Virus record (IMG/VR): IMGVR_UViG_3300045988_146546
Span: 1-32,000 of that record
Source of the DNA: a virus
Reading direction: 5' to 3' (one strand)
DNA length: 32,000 nt
The translations under genes were made by a program, and so were the position numbers. Shown piece after piece: positions 29,349-32,000 of this stretch. The notes below the pieces were generated by a model, which did not search any database, was not told the origin of the DNA, and was given only the letters and a program-made list of their open reading frames with translations. Position 1 is the first letter of the stretch; each line of letters starts with the position of its first letter.

Positions 29349-29742
29349 TTAATATTCTCATAAACTTTTTATAATCTTCATCTGATTTTAGATAAATCTT
29401 ATTGCAACCATTCATTACGTCTTCAAAGTTGATGTATTCAATTTCATAATCTAAAAACATTCTATATAAACTTTTGAATTGCGATTCACAAATATAATAC
29501 TTAATAACGAGTATACCGTTCTTATCATAATTACACCTATAAAACTTTTCATCTGACATATAAACGCATATAATATGATCTCCGTATTGTACAAATAAAC
29601 TTTGTGTACTATTGATCATAAACAGCTTATTAAGCTCATCACCTATATTTATATATTTTTTATTGCTCATAAACAGATTATTAAGTTCATCACCTGTATT
29701 TATATATTTTTCTGTTAAAAACTTTGGTAATTTGTATTTCAT
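29338..29742 (-). CDS. Small paralog P1 (134 aa) with an internal 17-aa tandem duplication
   Basis: Blocks FVQYGDHIICVYMSDE, YYICESQFKSLYRMFL, DYKKFMRILID. AGGAG lies 8 nt before the ATG. Confidence 0.65.
   Translation of the reverse strand: MKYKLPKFLTEKYINTGDELNNLFMSNKKYINIGDELNKLFMINSTQSLFVQYGDHIICVYMSDEKFYRCNYDKNGILVIKYYICESQFKSLYRMFLDYEIEYINFEDVMNGCNKIYLKSDEDYKKFMRILIDM
29616..29717 (-). repeat. 51-nt tandem duplication (2 copies) inside P1
   Basis: 29616..29666 against 29667..29717: 42 of the first 45 positions are identical. Encodes KYINTGDELNNLFMSNK / KYINIGDELNKLFMINS. Confidence 0.85.
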
Positions 29743-29777
29743 TTTTTTTACTCCTAAAACTTTTCATAATACCGTTC

Positions 29778-30053
29778 CTATTTATCTGCAATTGTTTCTA
29801 CATAACAATTATAATAAATATATCGTTTTCCATCATAGTCAAATTTTACACATCCACCATCCTTTGCTTCAATATCAATTCTTCCCTCATAGCTTGCTAA
29901 AATTTTTCCATCTGCTGTATACACATTGATTATTCTATCCAATCCACCATTCAAATCTGATTTAACATCAGTGCCAAAACGATCCATAGAAGCACATCCA
30001 AACAAGGAAATGCCAATCATTCCAACCATTAATAATTTGTATATTTTATTCAT
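29778..30053 (-). CDS. Small lipoprotein (91 aa)
   Basis: Signal peptide with lipobox LFGC. Core ASYEGRIDIEAKDGGCVKFDYDGKRYIYY. GAGG RBS. Confidence 0.75.
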   Translation of the reverse strand: MNKIYKLLMVGMIGISLFGCASMDRFGTDVKSDLNGGLDRIINVYTADGKILASYEGRIDIEAKDGGCVKFDYDGKRYIYYNCYVETIADK

Positions 30054-30239
30054 TTCATTCCTCTTTTCTATGTCCGATAACTATATATTATCAGACCAAC
30101 TACAAACCTTTTAAAAGCCTAGTAAATAGGCTACTTTGTAACACTTTTCTAAAATAAAAACTTTATGAAAATTTCAACCACGTTTTTATGCAATTAATCT
30201 CATCTTACTTCACCACAAATAATATCCTCATATAGTCTT

Positions 30240-30641
30240 TTATTTATTTGTATTTTCTACGTTAATCAAACCATGTTCAATCGTTTCTTTAGCAGGAAAG
30301 AATGTTATTTTGTATCCATATGGATTTTCTTTTACAGCATCAAGTTGAATACTTGTATACGTAACATCTTTTGATAAATGTGCATAGAACAATTTATATT
30401 TATCTTTTCCAGTTTTAATCGTTACATTCAAATCGCCATCACTATCTGTTTCAATAGATATTTTTCCTTCAACAGAAAACAACGGTTCATTTGTTCTAGT
30501 ATTTAATGCCACAACCTTTCTCGATATTTTAAAGTTGTTTGCATCCACTCTTAAATTATGATTAGCTGTATCTGATTCTTGGCATCCTGCCAAACCTAGA
30601 CACATTGTCATTCCTAAAATTGCACATAACATTTTTTTCAT
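30240..30641 (-). CDS. Lipoprotein (133 aa), distant paralog of the 91-aa lipoprotein
   Basis: Lipobox LAGC. Core FSVEGKISIETDSDGDLNVTIKTGKDKYKLFY parallels the 91-aa protein. ATGA overlap with the upstream regulator gene. Confidence 0.75.
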   Translation of the reverse strand: MKKMLCAILGMTMCLGLAGCQESDTANHNLRVDANNFKISRKVVALNTRTNEPLFSVEGKISIETDSDGDLNVTIKTGKDKYKLFYAHLSKDVTYTSIQLDAVKENPYGYKITFFPAKETIEHGLINVENTNK

Positions 30642-31105
30642 TTGTTCAAATCTCCCATAACGAGCTTTTTAAGCTCTTTTTTCATTGCGTAATACATTTT
30701 CATTCTGCTACAGAACTTTTCTCCTGAAAGCTTCTCAAATGACTCTCCGTTGATATAATGACGTTTCATATATAAACGAATATCATCATCCGGAATAAGG
30801 TCAATAATTGTTTCAATTTCTCTCATCTTTCCGAAGATTAGATTCTTATCATCTTCAAGTGTTTTTTCTTTTGAAATAAACTTTACAAGAACATCATTTG
30901 TAATGTCCTTGTTTTTCTTTGAATCTAGTCTTTGTTCAAATGATGGTGACTTTGGATCTGAAAATTCTTTTTTGCGAACCTCCAAATCCTTTAAGATTCC
31001 ATCCAACGATTTAAACTTTCTTTCATAGATCTTGAACATTTCAAGTTTTTTAATTAATGTATCCACCTGAACATCTACATATTCTTCATAATCCGTTTTA
31101 CTCAT
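30638..31105 (-). CDS. ArpU/RinA-type sigma-like putative late transcription regulator
   Basis: 155 aa. The C-terminus DIRLYMKRHYINGESFEKLSGEKFCSRMKMYYAMKKELKKL is region-4-like. Size and overall layout resemble ArpU-family proteins. Similarity was judged by eye only. Confidence 0.5.
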   Translation of the reverse strand: MSKTDYEEYVDVQVDTLIKKLEMFKIYERKFKSLDGILKDLEVRKKEFSDPKSPSFEQRLDSKKNKDITNDVLVKFISKEKTLEDDKNLIFGKMREIETIIDLIPDDDIRLYMKRHYINGESFEKLSGEKFCSRMKMYYAMKKELKKLVMGDLNK

Positions 31106-31237
31106 CTTCTCTCCTATGCTATTTCTTCAATTTCCTCAATGCTGCATGATAGAAATTTCATATAGAACTTATACATTGCCATGCTTTTTGATTCCTCCAT
31201 AACTTCCATCACACAAATATTATTGTCTTTGATATAC

Positions 31238-31474
31238 TTAATCCTGTATTTCTTTAACATCCTTTTTTTCCTTTCTAAAATAAATCAAAGGAATTTGTAC
31301 ATTAAAAATGCTCCATCCATTATTCAATAAATATTCGATATACGCTTTATTACGTTCATTAGCCCACGCTACCTTGTATTCATATTCAGGCTCTTTATTC
31401 TTTTTCAAATATTCAGGCACTTTTATTTTGCTTCTATCAATTTCTTTTGGTTGATATCCCTTCATATTAACCAT
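31238..31474 (-). CDS. Hypothetical small early protein (78 aa)
   Basis: ORF in the minus-strand series; no motif recognised. Confidence 0.5.
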   Translation of the reverse strand: MVNMKGYQPKEIDRSKIKVPEYLKKNKEPEYEYKVAWANERNKAYIEYLLNNGWSIFNVQIPLIYFRKEKKDVKEIQD

Positions 31475-31527
31475 TCCACTTTCTCCAATCTATTTATTTT
31501 TTCAACAACAGAACCTCTATGCCAGGA

Positions 31528-31767
31528 CTACTCACCACTACGATATCTTCTTTCGTTTGCTCTTTCCTGGTTTTTCTTATATTCTTTCAATCCTAGATTC
31601 TCGCGTTCCAATTTAACAATGTAATCAATGATTTTATTCATACTATCAATTGATTCAAAAAAATACTTTGAGTATGGATGTCTGTAAATATGAGCTTTCA
31701 ATTGAATGCATCCACTCTTAATTGATTCATCATGAATATCATATTCAGTTATGCTCATTCTCATCAT
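31528..31767 (-). CDS. Hypothetical small early protein (79 aa)
   Basis: ORF overlapping the upstream gene by 23 nt; no motif recognised. Confidence 0.5.
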   Translation of the reverse strand: MMRMSITEYDIHDESIKSGCIQLKAHIYRHPYSKYFFESIDSMNKIIDYIVKLERENLGLKEYKKNQERANERRYRSGE

Positions 31768-31993
31768 CCTTCAAATAATCAAATTCTTTTAGCAACTCAT
31801 TCTTTGTTCTTTCAAACTCTGATTCAATTTGCTTTTGTACATCGATCTTAGTTTGTTTGAACCATTTCTTTTTGAACTTAGTAACTTTTTCACGATAACG
31901 TTTTTCATCACAATCACATGATTGCCACCATTCTAAATCATGTAGAACTTCAACTAAATCTTTCATCATGCTATTTAATTGCGAATCAAACAT
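31745..31993 (-). CDS. Hypothetical small early protein (82 aa)
   Basis: ORF in the minus-strand series. Charged and helical, with a CDCD motif. Confidence 0.5.
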   Translation of the reverse strand: MFDSQLNSMMKDLVEVLHDLEWWQSCDCDEKRYREKVTKFKKKWFKQTKIDVQKQIESEFERTKNELLKEFDYLKDDENEHN

Positions 31994-32000
31994 TCTACCT

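Larger units (their letters stand above)
87..32000 (-). mobile_element. Siphovirus-type phage genome or prophage segment (HK97-like head, long non-contractile tail), probably temperate; continues past the right edge
   Basis: Tightly packed minus-strand series HNH-TerS-TerL-portal-protease-capsid-connectors-major tail-chaperone-TMP-Dit-Tal-fibres-holin-endolysin, plus repressor-like and early genes. No integrase in the window. Confidence 0.9.

Noticed and set aside
31106-31237. 32-aa ORF (MEVMEESKSMAMYKFYMKFLSCSIEEIEEIA) in the gap upstream of the sigma-like regulator gene.
   Set aside because: Too short, with no clear RBS. The gap may simply hold the promoter or RBS region of the regulator.

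Overview
Almost the whole window (about 87..32000) is one tailed-phage genome segment, either a prophage or a phage contig. The host is a low-G+C Gram-positive type, judging from AGGAGG ribosome sites, a CHAP endolysin and lipoprotein lipoboxes. Most genes are on the minus strand.

Gene order from right to left:
- small early genes
- an ArpU/sigma-like putative late regulator, translationally coupled to a lipoprotein
- a second, paralogous lipoprotein
- a tandem array of three small paralogs plus a decayed fourth copy
- an orphan M78 (ImmA/IrrE-like) peptidase
- a 3.3 kb block on the opposite (+) strand, driven by a near-consensus promoter and containing the anti-restriction protein ArdA plus unknown, partly acidic proteins
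- a small XRE repressor-like gene
- about 0.75 kb of visibly G+C-richer non-coding DNA (candidate cos/packaging and late-leader region)
- a complete late operon: HNH, TerS, TerL, portal, protease, HK97-type capsid, connectors, phi13-type major tail, G/GT chaperone with a -1 frameshift, tape measure, Dit, Tal, BppU-like protein, receptor-binding proteins, two membrane proteins and a sigma region-4-only protein
- a five-gene cassette of unknown function that appears to have its own promoter and terminator
- holin and endolysin

A tRNA-Asp(GTC) sits at the left edge. No integrase, CRISPR array or rRNA is present.

Most notable observations:
- An identical 19-nt palindromic box occurs upstream of both the late operon and the holin.
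- An A10 run at the capsid stop opens a start-less 51-codon -1 extension.
- The inverted ArdA block lies next to the candidate cos site.
- The accessory region holds a paralog array, an M78 peptidase and lipoproteins.
- The cassette between tail and lysis encodes a C1q-like protein, a Cys-rich membrane protein and Met/Asn/Gln-rich proteins.

All functional calls rest on motifs I recognised by eye. No database search was run.
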